NCBI RefSeq assembly: GCF_006345805.1
Contig: NC_043003.1
Location: forward strand, 88,908,001-88,972,000
Direction: 5' to 3'
Origin: Octopus sinensis
Lineage: Eukaryota
Length of the DNA stretch: 64,000 bases
In this document: positions 52,133-64,000 of the stretch, one piece after another
Position numbering within the stretch: the first letter of the stretch is position 1
Layout of the letters: every line of letters starts with the position of its first letter
The notes under the pieces: generated by a model
Databases searched by the model: none
Told to the model about the DNA's origin: nothing
Seen by the model: only the letters and a program-made list of their open reading frames with translations
Position numbers and translations under genes: made by a program

Positions 52133-53247
52133 CCCTTTCGTTACCAAACTGCCCAAAGCCGCCCGAAAAAAATTTTGGTTAATGTGACCAAACCGCCCAA
52201 AGCTGTCCGAATTTACCTATTCATATTTAAATGAGAATATCAGAGCAAATCTCTTTAGTACATTCGTGAAAACACGTGATTATGCTTCGTAAACAGTTCA
52301 TCTACAGTTTTGTACAAAGATCGACGTGTAATTTTAATTCCCTGAATTTTGGGAGATTTTTTTCCACATTTTTTTCAGCATCGATTTTTCTTCAACTTTG
52401 AAAATGGATAGGAGTTTCATGTTATCAAGCATTGATTCCGAATTTGAAAATTTGTGAAACAAATACTAGGTACTGTTGTGGATTTAGTTTTTATACAGGG
52501 AAACTAATGTTAGTCAGCATGGCTTAGGGTATGATGTGGTCTGGAAGTTATTGTTTGAAGCGATCAATGCGGAAACAAACTTATGCAGAATGTAAACAAA
52601 CACAAAATGGGGGTTCAAATTTCGGAAAATTTGTGAAGCAAATACTGGGTGCTGCGTGGATTTAGTTTTTATACAGGGAAAATAATGTTAGTCAGCATGG
52701 CCTAGGGAACGATGTGGTCTGGAAGTTATCACTTCCATACCATAACCAGGGCCGTATATTATTTTTTGACCGATTTCTTTAGTTTGGTCAAACTTACGGT
52801 GGATTCCAGTATTTCGCTTTATTCCACCTTTATGGTACACCTGTTGTGCATTAAATTCAACTGATGATTTAGTGATGTGCACAATTCTTCTTTATCAAAA
52901 TTTTGTTGCATACCCATTTGAATATTAGCTGATGATTCATTTTCTATGGTGATGTTTAAACAAAATTTTAATATTTTTACCTTTTGCTCAATTTAAAATT
53001 TTAATATTTTTACCTTTTGCTCAATTTACCTGGATTTACCTGTAATTAAAGTCACTTTAAGACAAAAGTTATGCAATAGAATTGATTAAGAACCCTTTCT
53101 TTAATTATGTTCCAAATCACATTAATATGTTGATAAGTAAAAAAGTTACAGTTATTTCATGAAACAAGCCTAGATTCATGATTATTTAAGAATTTAATTG
53201 AAACTCATGAGGGGTGTATTTTGGTCAGAAATATAGTAACGAAAGGG
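52133..53247 (+). mobile_element. Non-autonomous piggyBac element, copy 2
   Basis: TTAA|CCCTTTCGTTACC ... GTAACGAAAGGG|TTAA; internal ~105-bp duplication (about 52447-52550 / 52627-52730). Confidence 0.92.
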
Positions 53248-54962
53248 TTAAATGGTGGTGGCAGCCACTGTTGTCATCATTGTCATTGCAGCATGATGCA
53301 GTACTTGGACCATTGGATCCTATCAAACCCATGTCAGCATGGAACATGGATGTTAGAGGGTCGTGGTGATAGTGCTGCTGCTTCTTTTTGTCTGGCGAAT
53401 ATTTTTCTTTTTCTGTTTTGAGTTTTATTTCAGTGCAAGATTCTGGGTCATTTCTTCGGACCTCTTAATATTAGTAATGTTATTCTCTGTGGAAACATGG
53501 TAATCATGTTCCCTCTAAATATGATTATTAGTTATTGTAAAGATGTATAACATTAGCTGTTAAGGTTGGTTTGAAAGGAATAAATTTCTCACAAAATCTG
53601 AGACCAGTGAGATCAGTACCATTAAACCTTTCTCTTGAACAGAGATGGCTGCAATAAAATCATGTAGATGAAAAGGAATTCCAGAAATCCAACATTCTAG
53701 GGGAGAAAAACCACATATAGTATTTAGTGTGGAACCTAGCAGGTGAGAGGAGAAGCTGTGAGAGAATTAAGAGAATCTGACAGCAATAGCCACTGAATTG
53801 AAGAGAGAATTCAGAGAGAGAGAGAGAGGAGAAAGTACATCTGGAGGTCAGAGGTTAGAGAGTATTTGTGAGTGACTTAATGCCAATCATTTGTGAGGCC
53901 TTTCTTTGCCATGGTCTGTTATGTTTGTCTTTGTGCAGCAGTAATGTCCCAGATGATGGCACAATACACCATTGTAAATATCAATTGACCTTTAAAGAGT
54001 TTTAGTAATGTTTGAAGACTGGAATATTAGCTTCGAGTGTTACATTGGTCTGTTACAACTGAGCACAGAAGGAAACTCTTGTGAATATATAGAAACTTCT
54101 TCGTGGTTAAAAGTAGTTATTGTGGAGTACGTCTGGATGTTCTTAATGCCAAGCACCCAGTATACTCTGTAAAGTGGTTGGCCTCAGGAAGAGCATCCAA
54201 CTACAAAAACTATGCCTGAGGAGCATGACACAAGCTTCTAGTACAACAGATCTTGTTGAACTGTCCAACTTATGCCAGTATGGAAGACAGATGCTAAATG
54301 TTGGTGATAGGGGTGGTTATGATGGCAGTGCAGCCTGTAGCATGAATATTTCAATAAGATCCATTTGTTCAACACACCAAAAATGCTATACTTAAGCCTG
54401 GTCTTTACCAATATTCTGCCACTTTGTTTATTCTACACTGTGTGTCACATGACTAATGAACTGTTTGACCATGTGCAATGTCAGGTACAAACCAGGCTGA
54501 AACTTAAACTTATCTGGTGTGTTAGATCTTTGGATCACCTAAAAATGAGCTGTGGAAGTTTGAACATGTTGCATTCAGTTTGCTGCCTGGTCTCTTTATG
54601 TACATTAAATCACTGTAGCTCCTGTTGACTCTACTTGATTTTACCTCACATGGGTAAATTATTAAATATTTTAGAGAGACCTATAGATTTAACTCGTCAA
54701 ATGTACACATTTCATCAGATGGTATTTGGTTGGTTGGGCTTGAGGAATAGCTGTTAATTTGAAACTATAGCTGGAGATTTGGTATTCGTTGTCATAGAAT
54801 TAAGCAACATGATGCTAATTTGCAATATGTTTTGATGTGAACAGGAAGAGGAAGTTGTAGACTTCTGTAGCTTGCTTGCTAGTCTACAGCATGTTTTGAT
54901 ATAATGTCTTGATTTCTTTGCATTCTTTCATATCTTATGTGTTTTTGTTTCTTTGCTCTCAG

Positions 54963-55033
54963 ATGAGTCTCCTGCAACCTGCAATGTGTTCTTGAATGAA
55001 GGAGGCCTCGATCTATTTATGAGAGCTTTAGAG
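54963..55033 (+). CDS. ZYG11B: zyg-11 exon (DESPATCNVFLNEGGLDLFMRALE)
   Basis: ctttgctctcag / GTAGGT; phase 1 completes GAT (D) to give WNLTDESP. Absent from the ORF track. Confidence 0.94.
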
Positions 55034-58000
55034 GTAGGTAACCTTCCATCAACAATGGATTCTTTTTTAACATTCATCTCTTCTATTTTTTCATAAAATT
55101 GTTGTTTGAGTTGGTTGTTATTTTAACAAAATTCAAAGGTTGCAGAAGAATGAGCACCAGAATTGGTAGTTACTTATTATTAGTTTGAAGCATGATGCTC
55201 TTTGTTTCAAATCCTAATTAGTTAAAAATTTTAAGTTTTTATAGATTCCAATTTTAATATATTTTTATGAAAATGAGGTTTTCAAGATTCATTTACTATT
55301 GAAGCTTTCAACTTCATGATTCAGTCACAAAACTAATATTTATTCATTGCAATATTATTATCTTATACTGCAAGATAGCTTTTTTTAATGCTTTCATTTA
55401 TATTTCTGGAAATATCCTTTCATATTAATTGGATGTTGTTGAAGAGTAAAAAAGCTGTATAACAAAAGAAGTTTTAAATTACTTGTAGCAATTCTAGCAA
55501 ATATAAGCCTATCACGTTTTCTTTTAACTAAAGCACTCCCCTTCCACAACTTTGTTTCTTCATAACTTTATGAAAAATAACTTTTTTTAGATAAAATTTT
55601 ATATGAATACCTTCATGAAGAGTTGTGACCAATTTCTACACATCAACTCTGTTTTCTCACAGCATTCACATTTTGATGATGCAAATTACAATTATGTTGA
55701 AAAAAAATTATTTTTGCAGATTTCTTCATTCTTTTCCTTCTGGGATTTGTTAAATGAATATTTTTTAATAAAATGAAACTTTTCAGATATACCAGCATAA
55801 TTTGATAAAAAATAAGCAGAAATTAAAAAATACAAAGATAGCATACTAAATGACCACATAGAGGATTTGTCTAAAAAAAGAATGATTAACATGGCTAAGT
55901 CTAAATAATACCTGATTTCTTCATAAACTCTAATGCTGTCTTTAAGTACTTAGTATTCTAAATTTGTTTACTGAGCAAGTGGGTGCTATTAAAATAATAA
56001 AGGATACAAAGGAAAATTAGATGTAATATATCAGAAAAAATATACACATGTGTAAATATCATTCTCTGACAAGAAGAAAACTGCCCAAACTCTGCTACTC
56101 TCACCAACCCACAAACCTGGGAAACAACAAAAAATGCATCTAGATATAAAATATTGCCACTGTAATAAACCTATGAAGGAGTCAATGAAACTTTCACAGT
56201 GAATAAGCAATAATGTAGAAATGTTTGTTAATTTACTGAGTGAGTGAGAGAGAACTACTATAGCAATTAACACTGACATAGAAATTTCTAAAGACCTTAC
56301 TATTTAATGTGGACTGAATAAAACAGTGAAGAAATTTCCCTCTTGTTTTTTTTTCAGTCAGCATTTAATTTTAGACTGAGAATATGTGTGTGTTCATGTA
56401 CTTGTATGTGTGTTTGTTGAAAAGTAGATACATTTTGTTTTGTGGTATGTAATGGGAATATTCAACAGTTAAATTATTATATCTGATATCGCAATTCGCT
56501 AGAATATTACTAACATGATTAAAAAATTTAACCAGTCACCACTTTGCCAGAACTGGCTCCAGCAACAGTTCCATCTTTTTGAGTTTGAGCCTATCCAGCA
56601 CTATAAATTCAACACACCTTAGCCACTTGACATTGAGCATTGACAGACACAATAGGAGACAGCCAACAGAGATAGTTGGACAGCAGTTGACCTGAGCTGA
56701 CTACAAAGGCAATGATAGAAGTCAATAGCATGACAAGCAGCTAACCACACTTTGACTGCTGCTACAATTACACCCAGAACAATATCATTCAAACTTACTT
56801 GTAACAACAGCAATTGCTTTTTGTTTATGGGAATTTCAAAGGGGTTCAGTGTTCTTCTTCATAAAAGTATAAAGAGAAGTAAATTCTCTGGAATTTACAA
56901 ATTTTATTGGGTTTTTTTTTGTTGCTGTTGTCTATCAGTAGTTTCATTTGATTATAGGTTATTTTCTCTTTAATACATACATAGACACTTTTACATGCAT
57001 ACATTTATACACACGTGGTATACTTTAAAATGTACATGTAGTGCACTTTGATACATACATGGACACTATGATACATACTTGTACACTGTAATACATACAT
57101 GTAATTCACTTTACACTCACATTGTACATGTTAATACATACATGTAGGATACTTTAATACATTTGCATATCTTGGTATAGGAGCAAGAGAGTACTGTGTA
57201 CAGAATACTGAGTTTATTTAGTACTAGACTACCCATGACCCATTGGGTCACTGACAGTTCAGATTATAAAACATTGAAGCTGATTTCAACATTTCATTGA
57301 AATGAAAGTTAATTTTTTGATGATCCAATTAAATATTTCAATTCATTCTTATCATCATAGGTCTGGTTTACAAGTCCAATTCATAATTTCTCCTGCTTCT
57401 GTCTCTTTCCCACCATTCCACCAGATGGTCAGCACTCCAAGCATTCGATTCCTGAACTCTCCTGCTTCTGTCTCTTTCCCTCTGCTCTGCCAGATGCTCA
57501 ACCCTTCCTTTATCAGTCTCATCATTGCCTGTCCCGATCTTGTTGTTGGTGTTCACCACTATCTTCCTCACCTTCTTTCGCTCTCCTTAGCCGTGCTCTC
57601 TTCCCACCATCTATAACCCAACCAGATGTTTACTTTCTTCCTTGATCTAAGAAGTAGAAAATTGTATTCACCTTAGAAAGAATTCCCATTACCTCAAAAA
57701 ATATTTTTTTTAAATCATCACTTGAAAATATTTCTAAATAATATTTAGACAATATTTTAATATTGTCTGTTTAAAGAAAGCTAAATATAAACATTAACTC
57801 TACAAACAACTCGTATTTTTCAAATCATATTCACTTAAAAATACTTTTGAATAATTAAAATATTGTCTGTTTGAATAAAGCTGAAATATGAATACTCACT
57901 CTATAAACAATTTTTATATTTTAGGATTATGTTACTTTTGAAGTATTTTCCCATTATGTGCCGTTTTGGCTATTTATGAAGGTACCCCAAAAAACCGTGT

Positions 58001-58291
58001 ATCTCATGAGTCCATGGTCCGACTTAGGAAAAATGAGTTTTATTTCATTTGTATTCACATTTCAGGGGTACCTTAATTTCTGAGTATTTTCCCATTATTC
58101 ACTGGTTTGGCTGTATTAAATTACAGACAAGCAAGCAAGCAATTACAGAGTTTTATTAGTATATAGATATTTTGTGTTGTTGAGATGCAAATACATATAC
58201 TTAGATTTTCTTTAATTTTTTAGGTAAAATCTTTAAATGATAATGCCAAAGTATTTTAAAACTATTCTTTTTTCACTGTCTGTGTGTTCAG

Positions 58292-58354
58292 GTGATCAAA
58301 CCAGTTCAGCACGATGTCAAAGTCCAGGTTGAAACAAAAATATTAGGTTTATTG
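58292..58354 (+). CDS. ZYG11B: zyg-11 exon (..HDVKVQVETKILGLL); acceptor uncertain (58292 or 58310)
   Basis: Matches the KVLGLL segment preceding NNIAEV; GTGAGT donor. Confidence 0.8.
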
Positions 58355-59129
58355 GTGAGTTGTTCTTATTTGAAACCATTATTTTTATCTTTATCATCAC
58401 TGTTTACCAGCTTACCACCACCACCAACATTGCCATCATCACAACTGTTGGCATCACCACAACTAGCACTGCTGCCATTTTGGCACACCTCCCCCACACA
58501 CACATGCACTCACCAGTATCACTGCTATCACAGCTGTTGATACCCTCTTCACCAACAGAGGTAGCTGTTATTGTAGTTTACAATATAAACTTGTACTTGA
58601 ATGATTAAACCTTGACATTTACACTATAACAAATATAGAGGACAAATTTGTATCAATGCAATCAGTGACTACTACTGCTGTGAAGCTAAGTCATCTTTAG
58701 CTTCCATCATCAACCATTGTTTAACCCTTCATTCAGATATGACCTAAGTACACCACCTCAGCTGTATGTAGTAGCTATACAATTATGAAGCTATGAGGGA
58801 GCCTCTTGTGGTTGCTGGCTCTGCTATAAATAGCAGCCAAATTTATATCACATCCTACTCATCAGCATCATCCTCATTTTAATGTCCACTTTCCATTTTT
58901 CACATGGAGCAGATGGAATTCATTGAGATGTTTTTTATGGTCAGATACTTTTCTTCTTGCCAATTCTCACCAAAGTAATATTTTCTCATGGCTGGACATG
59001 TTTTTATGGGACATTGCAAAAACAAAGGACATGGCTTGTATGATGGTGGAATTCATTTACATCTGTCACATTATGTCAAGGCACAAATTCATGCACACAC
59101 ATGCATGCACACATATACACCCACACACA

Positions 59130-59285
59130 TGATGGGCTTTGTTTAGCTTCCATCTGCCAAATCCACTCACAAAGCTTAGGTCAGCCAGGGCTATAGTAGA
59201 CGACACTTGCTCCATGTGCTGCACAGTGGAACTGAGCTCAAAACCTCATAATTTAGAAGCAAACTTCTTAACCACACAGCTGTAT
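59130..59285 (-). mobile_element. Degenerate tRNA-derived SINE (second family); weaker copy near 51760-51830
   Basis: Minus GTGTGGTTAAGAAGTTTGC...CAGTTCCACTG...CAAGTGTC.TCTACTATAG...TGTGAGTGGATTTGG. Confidence 0.6.
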
Positions 59286-59554
59286 TTGTCTTAAAAGAAA
59301 GGAAGGGTATATTGGGTGATTGGATGATGTTGTCTGAGATAAACTGTTTGAAAAGGCAAAATAGTCATGGCTGGAACACCTTGTATCATTGATTTCCCCA
59401 ATCAGAGTTAACCTAATACTAAATAACGACTGTCACCTTAACTACTGCCTTTGCTACCTCTAAATATCCTCTCTTGAACCACACTTCTTGGCATTATCAT
59501 TAACACTGCTACTGCTCTACTATCACTTCTACCACAACTATCTACTAGTGCTGT

Positions 59555-59971
59555 TGTAACGTGAAAGGATCTATCATCGAAGCACTGGCAGGGTGTCGAG
59601 ATCCTTTCTAGTCACATACAAAATTCTTGCAGAAAACAAACAGACGAAACTCAGGTTAAAGGTGAACAGACAACTTGGTTTATTGATTCATGGTTGTACG
59701 TTGTCTGATGGGGGAATGGACAGCCTCTGATATATTGCTGGTGTTGGTCGTTGAGGTTGGTTGAAGTTGGTTGAAGCTGGTGTGTGGCTGTCAGAGCCAG
59801 GAAAACCGTGACCGATCGCAGTGCTGTCTTGAGCCGAAGAGAGCGATTTGAGGTTCGCGGGCTCGAGAGATGTTTTCCCGCACATGCGCATGGGGAAGAC
59901 TTCCGGTGGCCACCCGGAAGTAGTCCCATTCTGCGCATGCGCGCCGAACCCTACACAGTAGCATCACTACA
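59555..59971 (-). mobile_element. 3' LTR (417 bp) of the Gypsy element
   Basis: Minus TGTAGTG...GTTACA; preceded by the PPT GGAGGGGAGCCC (59972-59983); AATAAA at 59684-59679. Confidence 0.88.
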
Positions 59972-60100
59972 GGGCTCCCCTCCGAGTGCGAAGTACGGCA
60001 ACCAGAATATTGTGGTGGTGCTGCAGAAAACAGAAGGCTTGCCGATCCCCCAGAAGACTTGGTACATACTATTATACAATAAGAAACATTTTAAAGAAAG

Positions 60101-63100
60101 TTAAATGTAAATTGTTTTTGAAAGTTTCTTGGGCCAATGCACTGTTCTGCCCGATTTTGTAACATACGGTGTGCTCGGGGCACCCGTTGACGGCGAGGGT
60201 GGTGTTGTAGGAGCCGGTGAAGGTGTTTGTGCAGGTGAAGGCGTTTGTGCAGGTGAAGGTGTTTGTGCAGGTGAAGGCGTTTGTGCAGGTGAAGGCGTTT
60301 GTGCAGGTGAAAGTGTTGTTAAAGGTGCATAGGTGGGTGTGTCAAGGTTGTCATCAAAAGATGAAGACGTCTCAAAATGTGCCTTTTTTAAACGGTCCAC
60401 GGAAACGGTCTCCGAACGACCATTTATCTCAATCGTGAAAACCTTTGGTGTGCGAGAAAGCACACGAAAAGGTCCTTTATAGGGAGAAACAAGTGGGCCC
60501 TTCACAGAATCGTCCCGAACAAAAACATGCGACCAGGTGTTCATATCCGGTGGAAGATGGGACGGTGGAGATTGCTTTCTGGGAAGCATGGGCGGAAGGT
60601 TTGAAAAATATTCCCGCAGTCTGGTGACATAGGTCGCCGGATCATGGGGCGGGGAAGTGTCTGGCACCAACATCGTACCGGGCAATGCCAGTGTGGTACC
60701 ATACAGCAGCTCTGCAGCAGAAAACCCCAGGTCTGCCTTGACAGCAGTCCGACAGCCGAGAAGCACAATGGGCAGAAATTCGATCCAGGACTGTGGGTCC
60801 GAAGAGGCACGAAGAGCGGCCTTGAGCTGTCTATGGAACCGCTCAACCAATCCATTAGACGCTGGATGGTAGCTTGTGGTGTGGATATGGTGCATACCCA
60901 AAATTCGCGACAATTCGCGAAATAGCGAGGCCTCAAACTGTCGTCCACGATCAGTTGTCAATCGGGACGGGACTCCGAAGCGAGAAATCCAGTTTGAAAC
61001 GAAAGCTCGCGCAACAGTCTCAGCAGAAATGTCTGCTATCGGAATGGCTTCTGGCCAGCGGGAGAAACGATCGACACAAGTTAATAGATAAGAGAACCCG
61101 CGACTCACAGGCCATGGTCCAACCAGATCGATGTGGACATGGCGAAAACGGGCCTCCGTGGGGGGAAATTGTCCAAGCGGGGCATGAACGTGCCGTTGAA
61201 TCTTGGATCGTTGACACTTGGAGCAGGCGCGTGTCCAAGAAGTAATTGTGCGACGCATATTCGGCCAGAAAAACCGAGCAGTGATTAGTTTGAGGGTGGC
61301 AGCGATGCCAGGATGTGATAAGGAGTGCAGTGCTTCAAACACTGAGCGTTGATGGGTCTCAGGCACCAGTGGCCTGGGAGATCCAGTTGAAGTGTCACAA
61401 AGAATGGTGCCTTCGGCTGACGGAAGCGGAAGGTAGGAAAACTGGCAACAGGAGAACTTGGGAGAAGTTAAATCTAACGACGCCAAAGGTGGCTGCTCCT
61501 GCGATATGGCAGCTAAGTCGATAGCAGCAGGAGACGAAAGGGCGCAAACTGGAAGGCGAGAGAGAGCGTCAGCAGGAACGTTCTCTTTTCCAGGTATGTG
61601 TCGAATGTTGCTAGTAAATTGAGAGATAAAATCCAGGTGCCGAAAAGCACGGGGTGAGAGTTTGTCCGTTTTTGAAAACAGGGCAAACGTAAGGGGCTTG
61701 TGATCCGTATAGATCACAAAATCTCGCCCTTCAAGTTGATGCTGGAAATGACGAACCGATAGATAGATCGCTAGGAGCTCACGATCAAAGGTGCTGTATC
61801 GTCGTTCAGCTGGTTGCAGTTGACGGGAAAAGAAGGCTAGAGGTCGAACATGGTCATCCACTGTGTGTTGTAACACAGCGCCAATCGCAGTGTCCGATGC
61901 ATCCACAGTCAAAGAGAGAGAAGCACCAGGAACTGGATGTGCAAGCAAAGAAACAGAAGCCAGCTCCTTCTTAATGGACTCAAAGGCTGTCACTGCCTCA
62001 ACAGAAAGGGTGACTTGACTGTCCTTTCTAGGAGAGTCCTTTAACAGCCTGGTGAGAGGTAGCAGCTTATCTGCACAACCGGGAATGAAGCGTCGGTAGA
62101 AATTGACCATCCCTAGATAATGCCTGAGCTGGCGCAAGGAAGTGGGGGGTGCGATGCGTTGAATGGCATCGACTTTTGACGAGAGGGGGCTGATTCCAGT
62201 CGAATCAATATGATGCCCTAGAAAATCTAGGGAAGAGCGTCCGAAAACACACTTGTCGGGGTTTATGCGTATGCTATACGCGCGAAGACGCTGGAAGAGT
62301 TGAGAAAGGTGCCGGAGATGATTTTCTCGTGTGTCGCTCGCAATGAGTATGTCATCGACATAGGCAAACACAAAATCAAGACCGCGGACAACCTCATCAA
62401 TGAAACGCTGGAAGGTGCTAGTAGCATTCCGCAAACCGAAACTCATGTACAAAAACTCAAAACACCCAAACGGGGTAGTGATTGCAGTTTTTGGAACGTC
62501 GGCTGGGTTGACCGGTATTTGGTGGTAAGCGCGTATCAGATCGACCTTCGAAAAAATGGTACAACCATGGAGATTTGCTGTAAAGTCCCGGAGATTTCTA
62601 ATCGGATAGCGATCGGCTATTGTGACGGCATTGAGGCGTCGATAGTCTCCAACCGGGCGAAAATCAGACTCGCCCTTTCGCGCCAAATGAAGGGGAGATG
62701 CCCATGGGCTGGTGGAGGGGCGTATAAGGCCAAGTTGAAGCATGTGCTCAAACTCGGCTCTGGCCGTTTTAAGTCGGTCTGGCGCTAGGCGCCGGGGGCG
62801 TGAGAATACAGGTGGCCCATTGGTGGTGATGAAATGGAGGGTCGAGTGGGTAGGATTTTCCGGTTTAAAGGCAATGTCCACTAGCTCCGGAAATGAAACC
62901 AAAAGAGAGTGAAAGGAGTCTCCAGAGGTGGCAACAAAGAATGTCGGGCTAAGGACCGCAGTGGTGGAACTCCCAGTCGGTGTAGAGAGCGACGTCGTGC
63001 TATCAAGAAGCCTCCGACGCCTGACATCCACCAATAGGTTAAACCTATCCAGGAAATCAGCGCCGAGAATAGGATGCGGGATGTCAGCGATGACGAAAAC

Positions 63101-63397
63101 CCATCGAAAGTCTCGACGAAGGTTGAGGTTGAGGCGCAGCGAAATCTGACCGTAAGTGGTTATGGGAGACGAGTCAATAGCATGCAAGACAATCGAAGAG
63201 CGCTTGGGCTTGTCTGCAGCCAGACGAAGGGGCCAGATGCTGCAACAGGAGCCGGTGTCTACCATGAAGAATTTCTCCGACACCAGATCTTTTACAAAAA
63301 CTGCACGATTTTTGGGAATGGCGATGGAAGAAGGTGACGTGCTCACCTCCTCCGGACTTAGTTTTCCGAGGGCTTGAAAGTGCACGGCTGGGTACAC
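60101..63397 (-). CDS. Ty3/Gypsy pol (PR-RT-RNase H-IN), uninterrupted; CsRn1-like
   Basis: [69 protein letters not shown]. True start is probably via a -1 frameshift from gag. Confidence 0.96.
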   Translation of the reverse strand: MYPAVHFQALGKLSPEEVSTSPSSIAIPKNRAVFVKDLVSEKFFMVDTGSCCSIWPLRLAADKPKRSSIVLHAIDSSPITTYGQISLRLNLNLRRDFRWVFVIADIPHPILGADFLDRFNLLVDVRRRRLLDSTTSLSTPTGSSTTAVLSPTFFVATSGDSFHSLLVSFPELVDIAFKPENPTHSTLHFITTNGPPVFSRPRRLAPDRLKTARAEFEHMLQLGLIRPSTSPWASPLHLARKGESDFRPVGDYRRLNAVTIADRYPIRNLRDFTANLHGCTIFSKVDLIRAYHQIPVNPADVPKTAITTPFGCFEFLYMSFGLRNATSTFQRFIDEVVRGLDFVFAYVDDILIASDTRENHLRHLSQLFQRLRAYSIRINPDKCVFGRSSLDFLGHHIDSTGISPLSSKVDAIQRIAPPTSLRQLRHYLGMVNFYRRFIPGCADKLLPLTRLLKDSPRKDSQVTLSVEAVTAFESIKKELASVSLLAHPVPGASLSLTVDASDTAIGAVLQHTVDDHVRPLAFFSRQLQPAERRYSTFDRELLAIYLSVRHFQHQLEGRDFVIYTDHKPLTFALFSKTDKLSPRAFRHLDFISQFTSNIRHIPGKENVPADALSRLPVCALSSPAAIDLAAISQEQPPLASLDLTSPKFSCCQFSYLPLPSAEGTILCDTSTGSPRPLVPETHQRSVFEALHSLSHPGIAATLKLITARFFWPNMRRTITSWTRACSKCQRSKIQRHVHAPLGQFPPTEARFRHVHIDLVGPWPVSRGFSYLLTCVDRFSRWPEAIPIADISAETVARAFVSNWISRFGVPSRLTTDRGRQFEASLFRELSRILGMHHIHTTSYHPASNGLVERFHRQLKAALRASSDPQSWIEFLPIVLLGCRTAVKADLGFSAAELLYGTTLALPGTMLVPDTSPPHDPATYVTRLREYFSNLPPMLPRKQSPPSHLPPDMNTWSHVFVRDDSVKGPLVSPYKGPFRVLSRTPKVFTIEINGRSETVSVDRLKKAHFETSSSFDDNLDTPTYAPLTTLSPAQTPSPAQTPSPAQTPSPAQTPSPAQTPSPAPTTPPSPSTGAPSTPYVTKSGRTVHWPKKLSKTIYI

Positions 63398-64000
63398 CGA
63401 TCTGCCCTTTTGGTAGAGCGACTACGACTGCGTTGTCGGCGCTCGATCGCACGGGATAGATCGTCGATTCGCCGCGTGAGCGCATCGATCCGCTCGGTTA
63501 GTGAAATTTGCGCAGGGCCCCCTATACATGCACAGAGGCCTCGCGATGGAGATGGATTCGGAAATTCCAGTATTCCATCGGCCATCGTGGCAATCTGATC
63601 AACTGACACAGACTCCAGTACCGTGGCCAGCATTGTCTGCACGTGGGCAGGCAACTTGGAGAAAAATATCCTCCGTAAGAGCGGCGCGTGCGATGCGTTG
63701 CCGCTTAGCTCCCTTAGATGGCGCAGAAACTGGGATGGAGTTCTGTCCCCTAACTGCTCGTCGGCCATCAGCTCCTGAATATTGCTCTCCCCCGAACGTG
63801 TGTTGCGGCGGAGGATTTCTGCTTTCACAGACGCGTATGTGGCATCCGGGTGGGGACTTATTATTAGATCCCTGATCGATGCGGCGAGTCGGGGATGTAA
63901 GCCGGAATATAGCAGGTGCAACTGCTGCTGTGGAGAAATGGCATGTGCATCAAAATACCACTCCACTTGGGCAAACCACAAACCCATATCCCCCGTAAAT
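63358..64000 (-). CDS. Ty3/Gypsy gag (N-terminus beyond the window edge)
   Basis: [34 protein letters not shown], ..C..PC.F near the end; overlaps pol in the -1 frame. Confidence 0.9.
   Translation of the reverse strand, partial: FTGDMGLWFAQVEWYFDAHAISPQQQLHLLYSGLHPRLAASIRDLIISPHPDATYASVKAEILRRNTRSGESNIQELMADEQLGDRTPSQFLRHLRELSGNASHAPLLRRIFFSKLPAHVQTMLATVLESVSVDQIATMADGILEFPNPSPSRGLCACIGGPAQISLTERIDALTRRIDDLSRAIERRQRSRSRSTKRADRCTQPCTFKPSEN

Noticed and set aside
53536-54057. Possible solo LTR (TGTAA...TTACA)
   Set aside because: No matching target-site duplication and no second copy in the window.

Overview
AT-rich, repeat-dominated eukaryotic genomic DNA. The SINE/RTE tails ending in (GAT)n and the massive (TA)n microsatellites suggest a coleoid cephalopod, probably Octopus; this is my recognition of the repeat landscape, not a database result. 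One host gene is present: eight internal + strand coding exons of a zyg-11 family gene (ZYG11B-like; 19573-58354), whose start and end lie outside the window. Everything else is intronic or flanking mobile DNA: RTE LINEs (one with a near-intact RT carrying a PHD-like Cys/His insert), CR1-like, RLE-type and Penelope-like retroelements, tRNA SINEs, a head-to-tail Helitron dimer plus many non-autonomous Helitrons, mariner/Tc1, pogo, piggyBac and hAT remnants, a solo LTR, a ~160-bp satellite, and a young Ty3/Gypsy element (CsRn1-like) with an intact pol at the right end. The most notable observations are: (i) a family of very AT-rich elements with a variable-length inverted arm plus a constant one-sided tail and hammerhead-like cores (Penelope/retrozyme-like); (ii) several degenerate minimal hammerhead motifs; (iii) a CTAG|TC tandem Helitron junction; (iv) a perfect 31-bp intronic hairpin; (v) closely spaced inverted SINE/LINE pairs in the pre-mRNA. 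Coordinates of degenerate repeats are approximate.
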